Assembly (NCBI GenBank): GCA_040437565.1
Contig: JBDOQK010000040.1
Location: 1-64,000 of the forward strand
DNA length: 64,000 bases
Direction of reading: 5' to 3'
From: Albugo candida
Lineage: Eukaryota
The notes under the pieces were generated by a model. The model was not told the DNA's origin, did not search any database, and worked only from the letters and a program-made list of their open reading frames with translations. The translations under genes were made by a program, and so were the position numbers. The first letter of the stretch is position 1; each line of letters begins with the position of its first letter. Positions 40,630-54,666 of the stretch are shown here, piece after piece.

Positions 40630-42575
40630 ATGGAAATGGAAACGTTAGAACTCCCTCGTACGACCACATCGATGTCCTTAAACGATGAGAATACAATTCT
40701 CTGCGAGCTCCAAAGTCTCGAAGAGAAGAGAGAACGGTTCAACGATATGTCATTTTCCAGAAATCCATCGACACAATGAAACAGACGCGAGCGGAATTGA
40801 TGGAACAGCACGAAGCAAACACATTCGAATGCGATCGTATCGAATCAAAGCTGAAGAAAATCGCATTAGCACAAGAAATTGGCGTGCCGACGTGTGATTT
40901 TGTGACAGTAAAAGTAAGCATTTCCGACGATATAATTGGTCGCACGTTCTTTGAAGAAAAAAATGGCGTTGTTGGAAGAGATACAAAGTACATGTCACGT
41001 TCTCCTGGAATATCATCCGAATGAACCGATTCTGAGTGTGTGGGGAACGCCAGAGAACGCACAAATCGCTTTGGAGCACATTGAAGACGTCAAATTAGTA
41101 TCCACACATACGTTTGGCTTGCATCCCGACACGATTCAATTGCTTCTCTTTCAAAAATGTAAGAATCTGCACGCCATAGAAACGACACACGGCGTACGAC
41201 TTCATTTGAATCGGACCGAAGGCACTCTCACACTTAACACATCGCCTGCGAAATTGCAACGTATCGAAACATCCATCGACGAACTCAATCAAATGAGTAA
41301 AGAAATTCCCATTTCCGCTGACATCGTACCGCAATTAATTGGGAAGAAGGGCGAGACGATAAATCGGTTGATGGAGGACACAGAGGCGCTTAGGAAGATT
41401 GATAGTGTCGCCAATATCGTTCGATGCTATGGAACGTATGAGATTGTCGCCAAAGCTCAATTATTTGTGACGCAATTGATCGAAATGAAAACCAAACGCG
41501 AGCGATACTTTGAAGCAAATGATAAAAATGAGTTTCCAACGTTGAAAAATGAGTTCAAGTTTGCATTCTTTGCCGCGTTTTTCGTGTCGGAAAAGGGAAA
41601 ACAGCTCAAAATGCTTCGAGGAAATGCATCCGATGTGAGAATCAAAGAAGAACAGAGAATCCAAGGGAACGGAACGCCCGACCAAATAGCACAAGTGGAG
41701 ACGGCATTACGAGATCGATTTTACGCTTTTGAGACGCAGCATTGGACCCATTATGTCGCCGATGCTCACCATATCAGTTTGATTGTCGGGAAGAATGGAA
41801 GTATGAACAAACAGATTGAGAAAAGTTGTGAAGGAATGATACATTTCGACACGTATAAGCAGCATATTTGCATCTTCGGAGAATCCATTAAGATGATCGA
41901 ACGCGCTCGACTTTCGATAATGGATATAATCTATCGGAATCAGTGATCAGTGTGCATGACAATGCTCCATATCGCAAGACTTTTACTGAGTGAGGAATTT
42001 CCCAAACTGATGGAAATTGAAAAAGCGACAACGTGCAGAATTTCCATCCAAATGCCTTCCGATCGCGAAACCACAGCGACACATCGCCTCGGTGTCAGAA
42101 TTGTATTGCAGGGCTCCAGCCGTTTTGATTTTGGCGGCTAAACATGCCCTCAGATTGTTTGAAAGCGATCATACGGTGTTTTATCTTCCATTGGATGTCG
42201 ATGAGATTCCGATAATTGTAAGGAGAAACGATATCGCAAATTGCCGACGCGACTGGAGCTCGTCTTCGTGTGATCCGAGAGCACCAAGCTGCGGAGTTGG
42301 AGATCATTGGCACTGCAATTCAAGTTGGGAATGCTCGAGTACAAGTCTATGAGATTCTTCAAACGCATTATCAGAGAGTACTCGATCTTGACTCGTTATC
42401 GATTGCGTGTTTGATTGGGAAGAAAGGAGAATGGATCAAAGCGCTGCGTGAAGAACATTTAGCCACAACTATTTCTATATCGGTGAAACTTGGACACGTA
42501 CGCGTCAAAGCAAATGCATCGGAACCCTTGGATGCATGTGTGCATGCGATCCTCAATGTGCTCTATACGATTTAG
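40630..42575 (+). pseudogene. Multi-KH-domain RNA-binding protein pseudogene
   Basis: KH GxxG loops IVPQLIGKKGETI, ISLIVGKNGSM and IACLIGKKGEWI are spread over several frames with frameshifts and stops (~40750, ~40955, 41946, ~42130, ~42230). Confidence 0.8.
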
Positions 42576-42883
42576 ATGGAGACATTAGCGATTCCCGATG
42601 GTTTCAAGTTCGATTTCCTATCGATTTTTTAGTACATCCGTCAATCCCACCGTCTGCAGATATGAAATTGGTTGGACACTGTGACAGAAGACAATGCAGA
42701 TGTTTTACATATACATGATAAAGAGAAGCAGTACTTTCAAATTATAAATAAGAAAATGGCTACAAGGTCAGCAATTTGAACTACATTGGCCACAATATGT
42801 TGATGATAAGAATGCAGATTAGTTTGCGGCAATTATCTTTGAAGGGCTCAATGATAGTCTGATGAAGCAATCGTTGGTGGCTC

Positions 42884-44206
42884 CTAAATATCCCCAGCTT
42901 TCTCTATTTCAATCGTATAGACTGCACCACTTCTCTTTAGTCGGATCCCTGCTTCCTGCATTCGCTCAATACCAACCGTCCAATCGTCTCCTTCCTCAAC
43001 CTGTGTTATTTGTGAGCGGAAAATCAAAAGTCCGAAAGTATCGTCGTCACCCGTGAAATATATATAATACGGCACTCGGCATGCAGCAAAGCGTTTGGGT
43101 GCTTTCACGCCTGGAGCTAAACTAAAATAGACAAATTCATCTTGTTCTCCTTTGTTGAATGTATATATGCGTTTTATCGGCAGTCGCCAGTGTTTGAGGC
43201 CGTTGTTGTAATATGCAGTTGCTTCCGCGGGTGTTCTTTGGTAATCATCCGTACGACCAGGCTGTTTAGCTAACAGGTAATTCGGAGAAATTGAAATTTG
43301 GCCATTCTCAAATACGAAGAGAGTATTTAAGCACTCACTCATATCTATATTTGGTTCAAGTGAAATATCCACAGTGATAGATCTCATGTTGAGGTTCTCA
43401 TCGTCATAGGTTTCGCACTCAAACGTCGAATACTCTCCCAGTTTGAGCCATGANNNNNNNNNNNNNNNNNNNNNNNNNNNNNNNNNNNNNNNNNNNNNNN
43501 NNNNNNNNNNNNNNNNNNNNNNNNNNNNNNNNNNNNNNNNNNNNNNNNNNNNNGCACCACTTCTCTTTAGTCGGATCCCTGCTTCCTGCATTCGCTCAAT
43601 ACCAACCGTCCAATCGTCTCCTTCCTCAACCTGTGTTATTTGTGAGCGGAAAATCAAAAGTCCGAAAGTATCGTCGTCACCCGTGAAATATATATAATAC
43701 GGCACTCGGCATGCAGCAAAGCGTTTGGGTGCTTTCACGCCTGGAGCTAAACTAAAATAGACAAATTCATCTTGTTCTCCTTTGTTGAATGTATATATGC
43801 GTTTTATCGGCAGTCGCCAGTGTTTGAGGCCGTTGTTGTAATATGCAGTTGCTTCCGCGGGTGTTCTTTGGTAATCATCCGTACGACCAGGCTGTTTAGC
43901 TAACAGGTAATTCGGAGAAATTGAAATTTGGCCATTCTCAAATACGAAGAGAGTATTTAAGCACTCACTCATATCTATATTTGGTTCAAGTGAAATATCC
44001 ACAGTGATAGATCTCATGTTGAGGTTCTCATCGTCATAGGTTTCGCACTCAAACGTCGAATACTCTCCCAGTTTGAGCCATGATTTGGCAAACTTTTTAT
44101 TCACACAAATAACACCATTTTCAGGGAGGGCGCATTTCGCATATGAATGCACAAAATGACATATGGCTTGAACAACCAGGTAGACTTGAATCCGGAAAAT
44201 GTACAT
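42884..44206 (-). CDS. Putative secreted protein / candidate effector; true length ~230 aa (assembled ORF inflated by a gap-flanking duplication)
   Basis: MYIFRIQVYLVVQAICHFVHSYAKCALPENGVIC paralogous to 26066-26785; 42924-43453 is repeated at 43554-44083 (offset 630 nt) across an N gap. Confidence 0.8.
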   Translation of the reverse strand: MYIFRIQVYLVVQAICHFVHSYAKCALPENGVICVNKKFAKSWLKLGEYSTFECETYDDENLNMRSITVDISLEPNIDMSECLNTLFVFENGQISISPNYLLAKQPGRTDDYQRTPAEATAYYNNGLKHWRLPIKRIYTFNKGEQDEFVYFSLAPGVKAPKRFAACRVPYYIYFTGDDDTFGLLIFRSQITQVEEGDDWTVGIERMQEAGIRLKRSGXXXXXXXXXXXXXXXXXXXXXXXXXXXXXXXXXXSWLKLGEYSTFECETYDDENLNMRSITVDISLEPNIDMSECLNTLFVFENGQISISPNYLLAKQPGRTDDYQRTPAEATAYYNNGLKHWRLPIKRIYTFNKGEQDEFVYFSLAPGVKAPKRFAACRVPYYIYFTGDDDTFGLLIFRSQITQVEEGDDWTVGIERMQEAGIRLKRSGAVYTIEIEKAGDI

Positions 44207-44234
44207 TATTGTGAGAAAATGTGTTCTGAGGGGA

Positions 44235-44250
44235 GAAGATTCGCAAATGA
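44235..44250 (-). promoter_or_regulatory. Oomycete-type INR+FPR core promoter
   Basis: Minus strand TCATTTGCGAATCTTC, 28 nt upstream of ATG 44206; supports this start over 44257. Confidence 0.6.
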
Positions 44251-47200
44251 GAGACAATGATCAGATTTCAAGCTTCTGGAATTTTTTGAAATGAATGGCA
44301 GAGAGCGCTTGTGAATGATACGGTGGCAATACAAGACTTAGTCGGGGATAGGCTTGTCATATGCTGTATATATTACGATAAACAGAAAGTGTTGCATTGT
44401 AGCACGGAGCATAAAAAGGTCACATTCGATTTACACTTTCCAAGGTTAATCAATTGACAAAGAATTCGGCATCCAGAGGACCGATCGTCTTATTGCGGCT
44501 CATGACGAACGAAAACATTTCTTTGTACAGCTCCAAGAGCATAAGGGGCACTGCTAATATACATGAGATAATCTCAGATACTCGAGCTTTGATAGACGAG
44601 TACCAGCTCAACTAGTCGAGTGCTCAATAGTTCGGGAACATTCGCTTCCCACTTTCGCTAAAGCTTGAGCTGTCGAGTTGCTGTCGATAATGCCCGAATA
44701 AAAGTTCAATCATGCCGTCTCCAGCTTTATTTCCGTTCTGTTCGTGGACACATAACAAAATCTACGTGCTACGAAATCCCCCCGGAAGGCATCATACTGA
44801 TCAGGTGACCTTACATTTTCCATCAAATGATCAAGTGCGATGGATAACTCAATCTTGAGACTCTTATCGTCCATATAATCAATTCACACGGTAATGCTAG
44901 TATATACAGCAATATAATGTGAAGATCTTGAATTATTTCCAGACGTTTCAATCTTACAAATGCAAATGCAAACTTGCAATAACTCTTCTCAAAACGCTTC
45001 TCTTCCATCATGCCTCTATGTGAATGAGCGCATACCAAATGGAATGTGAAATCGAAGATTTATTCTCGCTGAGTAATGGGGTACCATTTGACGTCCAGCG
45101 TGTGATTTGTCCTTGATGTATAATACCGAAGGAGAAACTCAAATAAGGGTATCATTGGAAAATGATCTAGCTGATTAAGTCGAGGTGATTTCGAGATTCC
45201 GAACAAGTGTTCACACGCGAGCATACTTCCAAGTGGCGCAATAGCATCTCGCGATTTGAATTGACGAGAATTGCGTCTTCGTGATGTCTAGCAGTGATGT
45301 GTCAAGCGAACAAACATTAATTGCTGTGTGCAACTGTAGCGATTACATGGAAAGAATCCTTCTTTTTATCAGGTCCTTGAGTGAACGTAAAAAATTACAC
45401 TGTCTGTCCTTGAAAGGATGCAGGCGGGTAAGCTACCTCACTCCGAAATAACCAACGATGAAGACTAATCGGTGAAGATATTACCTCTTTTTCCTGGTAA
45501 GGCAGCAACTATCGTAGTTGGGGACCTGAGAGAAGCTAAACAAACGTAGATGTGCCATTGGAAGCTTTTACAGTAGAAAGTGGATACTTCGAGTAAGAAT
45601 GCAATCACAAACGTCGCAATTCATTAGCGTTTCAATTTTACATATCACAAATCACAAGACCACGCCCACTACATATCCGACCGCTTTCTACGAGCATTTG
45701 AATCCGACTCCTAAGTATGAGCCCAAACTAAAAGTTTAGGAGCATATCCCATCAAATAAAGGTATTATCACTAAGTTCCCGAAACAGAATCTTCCCTAGT
45801 CTTTTCCTGTATAGTAACAATCCTAGCTTATTGCATTTTCCCGCTATATTGAAGCTTTTCGGCGTATATGGCAGTCATGAGGCGTAGAGAAGCCAACCTA
45901 ACGTATTTGATGGAGACGGCTCCGTCCGCTTGAGATATACCGTTAGAAATAGTCGGTTCGTCAGTCTAATGCTATCGGAACCCTGCTACGAATAATTTCG
46001 GAACACAGCGATCAAACGTAGCACAATTACGCTAAAACCAATCAGATCAAGTGTCTGCTATTTTTCACTCGTTTTTAACAAACGGTGCACGGCACTTACA
46101 GCCATCAATGGGTGAGTTGGGTGGACAAATTCTGCAAATTCTCCAATATATAGCGATCCCACTACCTGTTTGAGACACACCCATACTGAACGAGGATTTG
46201 CCACTGCATCCAAGCTTCTCCTCTTCCGTGCCCTAGACTCCAAAATCCCGCGTCCATCCAAACGACCAGAAATTCAAGGCTAGTTTCAAACTCGCTGTGA
46301 TAAGTACGCGTCGAAAGATGGAGAATCGTGCATTGCCCTTGTCCGAGCTCGACAGTTGTAATTCAGATAACGAATCCTTGGGTCTGAGTGAGGTTTGGGA
46401 CGCTTCAAAACAATAAGGTGAAAGTGCTGCAGAAAACATCCCAATGATATTTCTGGTGGCATTGAGAGCCACGCACCCAGACGCGTCGAGGAATGTCCTT
46501 CGCCCTATGATGGTTACTCGGCGCGCACTGTAAGACGGAAACCACCGAAAGTGGTCGCGCTGCCACTGGTTACTGGCATATGACTAAGTACTGGGAAACT
46601 GGTGAATTGAACACAAACCAGGCCGATGAAGCGCAAATAACGATTATCGCAACTGTTCAGGATCTTAAATCAGAAAGTGACGAAAAAGAAGAGTCTCTGT
46701 GGTCAGAAAGAGCACTGCACTGTACACTGTCGTTGACCAGCTGATGACAGGGATAAACCCGTATCTCCAGCAAACTCAAGTAGTGGTGGACCGTGGGATT
46801 GCTGTTTTGTTTCACTTGCATCTGCGGGAGGCAGGTGAAGGACTCCTGGAAACAAGTCAGCTGGTCGATGAGGGTGCCAGCGGAGGAATTAGGCACACAC
46901 ATTGTGTCCGCTCTTGGGCGCAAACATTCCTAAAGATGAAGATTGAACCCATTGTCACTTTTTCCTCATACGAGACGCACTGAAAGTCAATGCGCTTGAA
47001 TAATCGCTTACTTACGAGAAAAAGTGGTACGATACTGTTGGTCTTCGCGATTGAGCTGATGGAAACCCATCAACGCGAAAACATGACCCCAATCATCACA
47101 CATCATCTCTGAGAACAAATCGCTCTTCGTCACCACGCACAGTTTCAACAGATCCCACAAAAGTCGTTTGTTTAACGACAAGAATAATCATCTAAGAAAT

Positions 47201-50200
47201 ACCTTGAGCTAGCTCTCACACACTAAAAATCTTGTTAGCATGGTATAACGTGTCCATGCTTGAGCCATCGATGATGACAATACACAGCGCATTCCTGATT
47301 TTATCTGTTGGGCGAACGGCATATCTATGCAATGCGACAAAATGTACATACTTGACGCCACACTATGATATCTTAAGCTATCCATTAGAGTTGCTCTCCA
47401 AATCAGTCTTTCTGCTGCAGTAACGCGACTGTGAAGATTTTTCTCGTTGAATTGCGCTGAGAGCATCATTGAGTAGAAGAAAATTTAAAGCGTTTTTTTA
47501 ACAGCGACTCATTATTGCTGAATTCGTCGGTGAGATGCACAGTGTATTGCCGTTTCCAGTGCGTTAAAGCGATAATCTAGCAATGTTTGCATATCAGTTT
47601 GGAACATAGGGTTGAAATTCAATGCAAGTCCACATTGCCGGCAAAAGTAAATACTCGTTCTGAGTGAGCGGCGATGGCTGTGCACATTTGTGTGTCATCT
47701 TACAGCTTTTTCGCGATCAAACCCTGATAATGTACTTTGGTAAGAGCTTGGTACTTGGAGCCCTCCAGATGAAGCCGGTTACATATGCGTTGAGAGATTA
47801 ACAGGCTTCGTTTTTTGCGTCAGGGGGCCAATACACTGACAATCGGGCTTCATTGCGAGGATGTGAGCTCCGTTATGAATTTGAGATTGGACCAGAAGAA
47901 AAACCTATGCTTACTGAGCTTTCTTTCTGAGTACTGATTCAGAACTGATCTGACGAAATGCGAGCTTGCAAGAATTCACAACAGTATAAACGACAGGAAG
48001 GCGAGTAAATCGATATAAATATGCGATGATATCACGACCTGCATAGTACAGCGGCCATTTATTCATTGTGACTAAGATAAGATCCTGTCGAGCTTCGTTT
48101 TTTGGTGCAGCAAATGCGTTCTTCAGACACTGAGCCAGTGAAACATTATACATGATGAATAAAGCCATATAGGTGAGGAATCAGCTCTTTGAAAAGAACA
48201 GGATCTACTGATTACTTCTACTTTCAATAGAGTTGGATGCCGAGCCAGGAATCTGATGCGGTATATGAAAAGTGCTCCACCGTGACAATATGTGAGGGCT
48301 ATGGAAGTGATGGAAAAGCGTCAACCAATATGATCCCTCCAGCTATTTCTATCAAAGCGATTAAAAAGGTGAGCGATGGAAAGCGCATACGACTCCAAAA
48401 ATATTGAACTTCAGCTCAGAAAATTTTTGGATTTACATCTCCGTTCATCGGTTCCCATTGAGTTTGCAAGCCAAAAGTCCCTGCGAAGCCCGCGATCATG
48501 AGCTCATCAAACTTGTTAACATTATCGGTGGCGCCGCTGGATACTTGAAGAAGGATTTCCAGCTCTGTCGCGAGGTTTGAAGGGTGCACTGCATGATAGG
48601 GTTCCCATGCGAAGAATGGATTATTCCATCAACGGATCACCGACTGCATAATCAATGGAAAGTAGGCGTCATCGCTAATCACTATAAATAGTGACAACTC
48701 AGGTCGAAAATGTCAACGTGGGAGCGAGTTAGGAGAGAGAAGAACATATCTCTCACTTTGACGATAGAGGTGTTTCGAATCTTCTGGTCTTGTCGCAGCT
48801 GTACATAAATAAAGGGGTCAAAATGAAACCCGGATTCAATACGAGTTAATGTGACACCCACAACATCGTTTCCCTATACATTTATGGGGGAGATGCGTTC
48901 GGAACGCTTTTACTTCCATTGATTGCATCATTACCACAACTCTTTAAGTGGCTGGTAGTGGATCCGATTAATATGCTTGTCACTTGGATTGCGGTGCAAT
49001 TGTAGCGTCCAATCGGTAGGTACCATTGCTTCATCAAATATTATGGATGTTTGCTCGTGAGCACCAATAACCGGACGATATCTCAAGCAGACATAATACC
49101 ATTGGCTTCCAGCGAGCCCGTATTTTTTAAATGAGGTCGATGCATACACACGACGTTGAACGGAATTTGAGACCGTCGACAAAGGCAAATCTTATGCGAG
49201 CTAATTGCATTGCAGAATTGCATCAGCGTTCCGGGCTCCTTTACTAAGAAGCACGTATGCAAATGACTACCTTGACCGGATGTATAGTTGCCGTACGATT
49301 TATCTGGGTATTGTTGCAAGTAAGGAATATGGAATAATTGTATTTGAATCGAACGAATAAGAANNNNNNNNNNNNNNNNNNNNNNNNNNNNNNNNNNNNN
49401 NNNNNNNNNNNNNNNNNNNNNNNNNNNNNNNNNNNNNNNNNNNNNNNNNNNNNNNNNNNNNNNCCAATCGGTAGGTACCATTGCTTCATCAAATATTATG
49501 GATGTTTGCTCGTGAGCACCAATAACCGGACGATATCTCAAGCAGACATAATACCATTGGCTTCCAGCGAGCCCGTATTTTTTAAATGAGGTCGATGCAT
49601 ACACACGACGTTGAACGGAATTTGAGACCGTCGACAAAGGCAAATCTTATGCGAGCTAATTGCATTGCAGAATTGCATCAGCGTTCCGGGCTCCTTTACT
49701 AAGAAGCACGTATGCAAATGACTACCTTGACCGGATGTATAGTTGCCGTACGATTTATCTGGGTATTGTTGCAAGTAAGGAATATGGAATAATTGTATTT
49801 GAATCGAACGAATAAGAATGACTGTTCTTGGACCCGCCTGCAATTCCATGACCGTCACCCATACCCACAAAACGGGTACGAAAATTGTGCAGGGAGAATA
49901 GTGAGCTCATTGCTAAATACTTCATGCCATATATAAAATGAGCTTGGTGATCGTCTCGATTGCTTCGAATACAGCGTACGTTTCTCAGTGTTTCCATCGC
50001 AACATGCGCTGTCATTGACGCAAATAACTAGATATATAATTCTTGTCATTGGCTCTAACTAGTTCGTATGTTCCCTCCCCAATATTTGAAACAATCTTTC
50101 TCGGAAATCAGTGGGAAGCCCAGGGAACGATATTCCAGACGCTATCTTTTGTATACTGACTCCGACATCACCACCCACAGCCTAGCGCATAACCGCGGGA

Positions 50201-53200
50201 TTTGAAACTTGAAACTGATCGTTTAAGAAGCCTTAGGAACTTCTATCCCAGCATCAAATTGGACCAAAGCGCAATACACGCTGAAAGCACGCATCGATGA
50301 AATAATGGATGAATAGCAAGCCTCGAAGTAGGAATTCTAATGATTTGCCCCACAAAACCATTCAGTCGTCTTTTTGCACACATTTAGGTGAATTTGGTGC
50401 GGTACCAAACCCATTGGTCGATTCCTCTTGTGCTGGTAGCACTTCTCTGATAATTATGGGCGCAGGGAAACCCGATCAATTGGTAACACAATTTTTTCTT
50501 CCTTGACAGAAGTCATCGACACACATGTAAATTGGAACGACATTGTGTTATTATCAGCGTTCGTGGACGGGCTTAGATGGACTCCGATGCAAATCAAGAG
50601 GTGCAGCATGGAGAACCGTGGAATGGGTACAATTTGATGTCAAAGCTACAATCAATTGAGGGATCAGGTGATTGTTCTTGAATATAACCATTCCATCAAA
50701 AAAAACTTGTTTTTTGTATGTGTGAGGAGTGCAATCATCATTTTGTTTATGTAGTTTCGACAGAAAAGAGCTTCACACTACTATGGTCTATCATATTTAT
50801 TTTCAACGTAATTTTACAAATACGATCCTCTCACAACTTCTACGACACCACAGGTTGATTGCGGCTGTAATCAAGGAATGATTTTGTTGTTGCGATCGGA
50901 TACGCTTTCTGGATACTTTCCTACTGGTTCACTGTTCTGTGGAGGAGGCAAGTAGAGACATCAAGCGAGCAAATACGCTCTGAACCGTGGAGACAAATTA
51001 CTGTCTTACAATAAGCTCGCGCAAATGCCTACAGCGATAATGATCATTTCATGTGAGTATGGTTGCTCGAGCTATTATAAAAATCACCTATAAAAGTTGT
51101 TTGCACACATTTTGCACAGAAGGTTTAGCACTTCCCACTGACTAATACGGGTTCTGAGAAAGTTTCAAAGAAGCAATTCTCTAGGAGATAGTCATGAATG
51201 TACATCATACTTGCAAAAAATCCAGTGATAGTAAGTATAGAATGTGACGAGTTCAATTTCATACAGTATACGCTTGTCAGAGTTATGACGCATGAGAGCC
51301 TACTCCGGTCGTTCTCTCCCAAATTAAATTTAAGACTTCATAAAAGGACCATGATATAAAAACTTTCCGGCTGAAACTTTAACATAGTCAGATGGTCGCA
51401 TGGTCTTTGTGAAGGTCATAACAAAATGTAGTGTGACGAAATCCCCTCATGATTCAGCTACCGAGTGCTAGAAAATAGTAGTGAGATTGAGAAGCTTAGC
51501 CTTGTATGAGGCGGAGAGCTTCGTCTTCTATCAGTGCGTTTTGAAAGTGATGATGACACAGCCTGATTTGATAAAGTCTGGAGTTCTCATGCATCAGCGT
51601 AATGTATCACAAAATAGACAAAAGCGAGAAAGCATCAGATCGGTCCTCTTTTTAACAGCAAAATTCTGTCTGTATGAATACATTCTGCGCATACCGAGTA
51701 TATACCGGTAATATTACTTGATTATTTAGTACCGAGACGTATACCAATNNNNNNNNNNNNNNNNNNNNNNNNNNNNNNNNNNNNNNNNNNNNNNNNNNNN
51801 NNNNNNNNNNNNNNNNNNNNNNNNNNNNNNNNNNNNNNNNNNNNNNNNTGATTATTTAGTACCGAGACGTATACCAATACGGTAACATGATGTAAATTGG
51901 CCGGGTGGCAATGATGCGTGTGAATCATATCAAATGCGCTGCGTAAGCGAAGTGTATATGGACATCAGAAACCGACACGTGATGGCTTATTCTTGTTTTG
52001 TTAGTCGTCAAAAGGGAAAGAGATTGTGTAATGACCTACCGACAATTCAACGTCCAATGCAGCGCGTGCTTGCAGCAGCTCGCCCAGTTTCATGTCGTCA
52101 AGCTATCGATTGAAATACTGCGCGATTCCCTTCAAAAAACACACTTGATCTTGTGACAGAGTATGCAAGCTGACAAGACTGATACCCAAACTATTTACAA
52201 TTCCCATCCCTCACAATTTGCAAATTACATGAGTAGCTAGGTTGGATGGACTACATCACCGACATAAGTGTTCCCAATTCTGCGAACATAGTGAAGCTGT
52301 CAAGTTTCGTAGAGCAACTTGACTTGAAAGACATCACCACAATTACTCCACGGCTCAGCAAAATCAAATGTATCATCAAGTCATGCTCACTCACATACGC
52401 CATTCAATCTCCCCACGATACCATCTGACTGACCTCTATACATTTATAACCGCGCGAATCTTTTCAACTTGGCTACTTTATTACAGCTATTACCGACAGC
52501 TTCAATTTGCTTTTGGCAATTGGAATGCCACATCGCTCGATATTGCATTATGCATATACTGATTTGCATATAGCAGCTCTCTACGTGTCTCCATATCCCG
52601 TCATATGTCTCATCGAGTGGATCCATCATCTTCCCACCGCAAATATAATCTTTGACGCAATACAGACTTGAAACAATCTCTTCGACTGTTATATCACAGA
52701 ATCAGACGTAGCAATTGCCAAAGTTGAAAGTCCTCGTCTTTCTCAGAAACATTTGCTTCCCAAAATACGGCTTTATGAATCGCCATCCGGTAGCAGTAAC
52801 ACTTTCAACATTTTGTGGAATGGGCGCATGCTATCCGTTTCTTGATGAAAAATCACCAAATGGGCACCTCCCTCTGCAGCTATAGAATTTACTTACATGA
52901 AGGACGTGAAATTCACGCTTTAAGTCGGATACGTTAAATTACAAGCTGAAAACGTTATGACGTTATGATGGGCCTTGAACCCAATTTCACGTCCGGTAAA
53001 TTAGTGAAGAGGAAATAGCCTCACGCAAAGCCAATCATATCAATACGAGTGCATGTAATCCGTAACAATGCTCGCAAATCGCACATGTTACAAGTACCAA
53101 GCGCCGATAATCAAACGGTGACGCTTTTCTTGAATGAATGAAAATGCGTTTCCTAGCTGTAATGGAATGCGACCGTTGAATGAGCATGTGGTGTGTATTC

Positions 53201-53463
53201 AATGCGCATGGCTAAACTCACGTGAGTGGTAACAACGATGGAATGTCCAGAGCTCGACATATAATTCATACGTGTGAATGGAAAGAGTGTTTTTCTCGAA
53301 TGGCAGAAATTTCTTGAAGGTAGTCGAACTACTCTTTTGAGCCAGAAATAATCGTGGTCAAACATGGTAAGAAGACGCCCTTGAGACAATCACAGTCTTT
53401 CACTTTATTAAAATTCAATGACTACTTTTTATGAATATTGAAAACGTGCTGTAGACCCAATAC

Positions 53464-54445
53464 TCAACTCGACTCTGCCTCAAACCTGCTTCTGCACCAT
53501 TTCACCAAATAAACATACGCTTGTTCCGATTCAGGTTCTTCAAATCGATAGTGATATATTCCATCAAACACTTTCGAGTCTTTATTCGTTTCCTCAAGCC
53601 GCTTATGGAAAGCTTCCCTGGATGAGACACTGACCACCAGATCATCAGAGCCAATCATACTCAAAAGGGGCAACTGTCTAAGCGTACTTTGCGTGTGTTT
53701 AATATATTTTTTTTCAACCTGAGCATCACACATTCGCGTCGTAAGTTTCTTCATCATCATCAGCGGATCCTTATTGAAGTCTTCATTTAGGGATTTATTC
53801 CTCGAAAGGCACTCATGAGGGACCGCTGAGACAACTCTTTTGCGAGAAATGAGGATCGATAAGATCGAAGCAAATGCCGCTTGCAAGCGCAGCGCTGGCG
53901 TCCGTTCCACACATACAGCCGGTGCCACCAACAATGCTGCATGGAACGTGTGTACACCTGATTGTAACGTGTTTGAAGCCAGTAATGTTTCGATATCTCC
54001 ATGTAAATGAGAGGGAACTTTGACTCGTTGAGGCCGTATGAGCGCAAAATGTCCTTTTGAGTGTGTGAACGAAGAAATTTAGTGTCGTCCACAAAATATT
54101 CCAACTTTCGAGCATGAGCTCGATTCATGGCTCATCGTTCCCACTCTGGTCGTGGCCAATCGCAACGTACGCAGCTAAAGCAAAGCCGCACGCAGTTACC
54201 GCTTGACAATCGGAAGTAGCGGCCACTGTGATCTCCTACGCCGTGCACATTTACGATAGTCGAGCGAATAGTGGACTGTTCTGGGAACACAGTTTGATAG
54301 AATGAAAACTGGTTCCGAGAGTCGGTGATCGTTCTCAATTGCGTCTCTTTGAATTTGACGAGGCTCGAGGAGTCGTTGTCCTGGCGGATATTGAATTTTA
54401 GACGAATCCGAAATGTGAGTAATTACAACCAATCGACGGCATCAT
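53464..54445 (-). pseudogene. Alpha/beta hydrolase (monoacylglycerol lipase / Hydrolase_4-like) pseudogene
   Basis: FYQTVFPEQSTIRSTIVNVHGVGDHSGRYF, LPLLSMIGSDDLVVS and KVFDGIYH..FEEPESEQ..YLVKW lie in three different frames; the GxSxG site is degraded (PLIYMEISK). Confidence 0.8.
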
Positions 54446-54666
54446 GGATTCAAACGTGTTATGAAACCTTTCTGTCATAAAAATTTGTCTAGATATGAAA
54501 TTTATTTCGAGTTGGTAGGAACGACTTTTACGTCATCGAGCCTCAAAACCGATACACAACGATACTCAAATACTATCTAAATGGTAATACTTGAAGTCGT
54601 ACCTCAAAATACCGATTTCATGACATGCGGTTACTGGTCGTCTGATGCACGTAACCCAAAAGGCGA

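Noticed and set aside
44130-44170. CHxC/CCG effector motif in AICHFVHSYAKC
   Set aside because: CHFV is not CHxC, it lies inside the signal-like region, and the CxxCxxxxxG spacing is absent
42884-44257. 457-aa ORF with a perfect internal tandem domain repeat
   Set aside because: The two copies look identical and flank a 100-N gap. The same pattern occurs at other gaps, so this is most likely a scaffolding overlap; the collapsed length (~230 aa) matches the paralog
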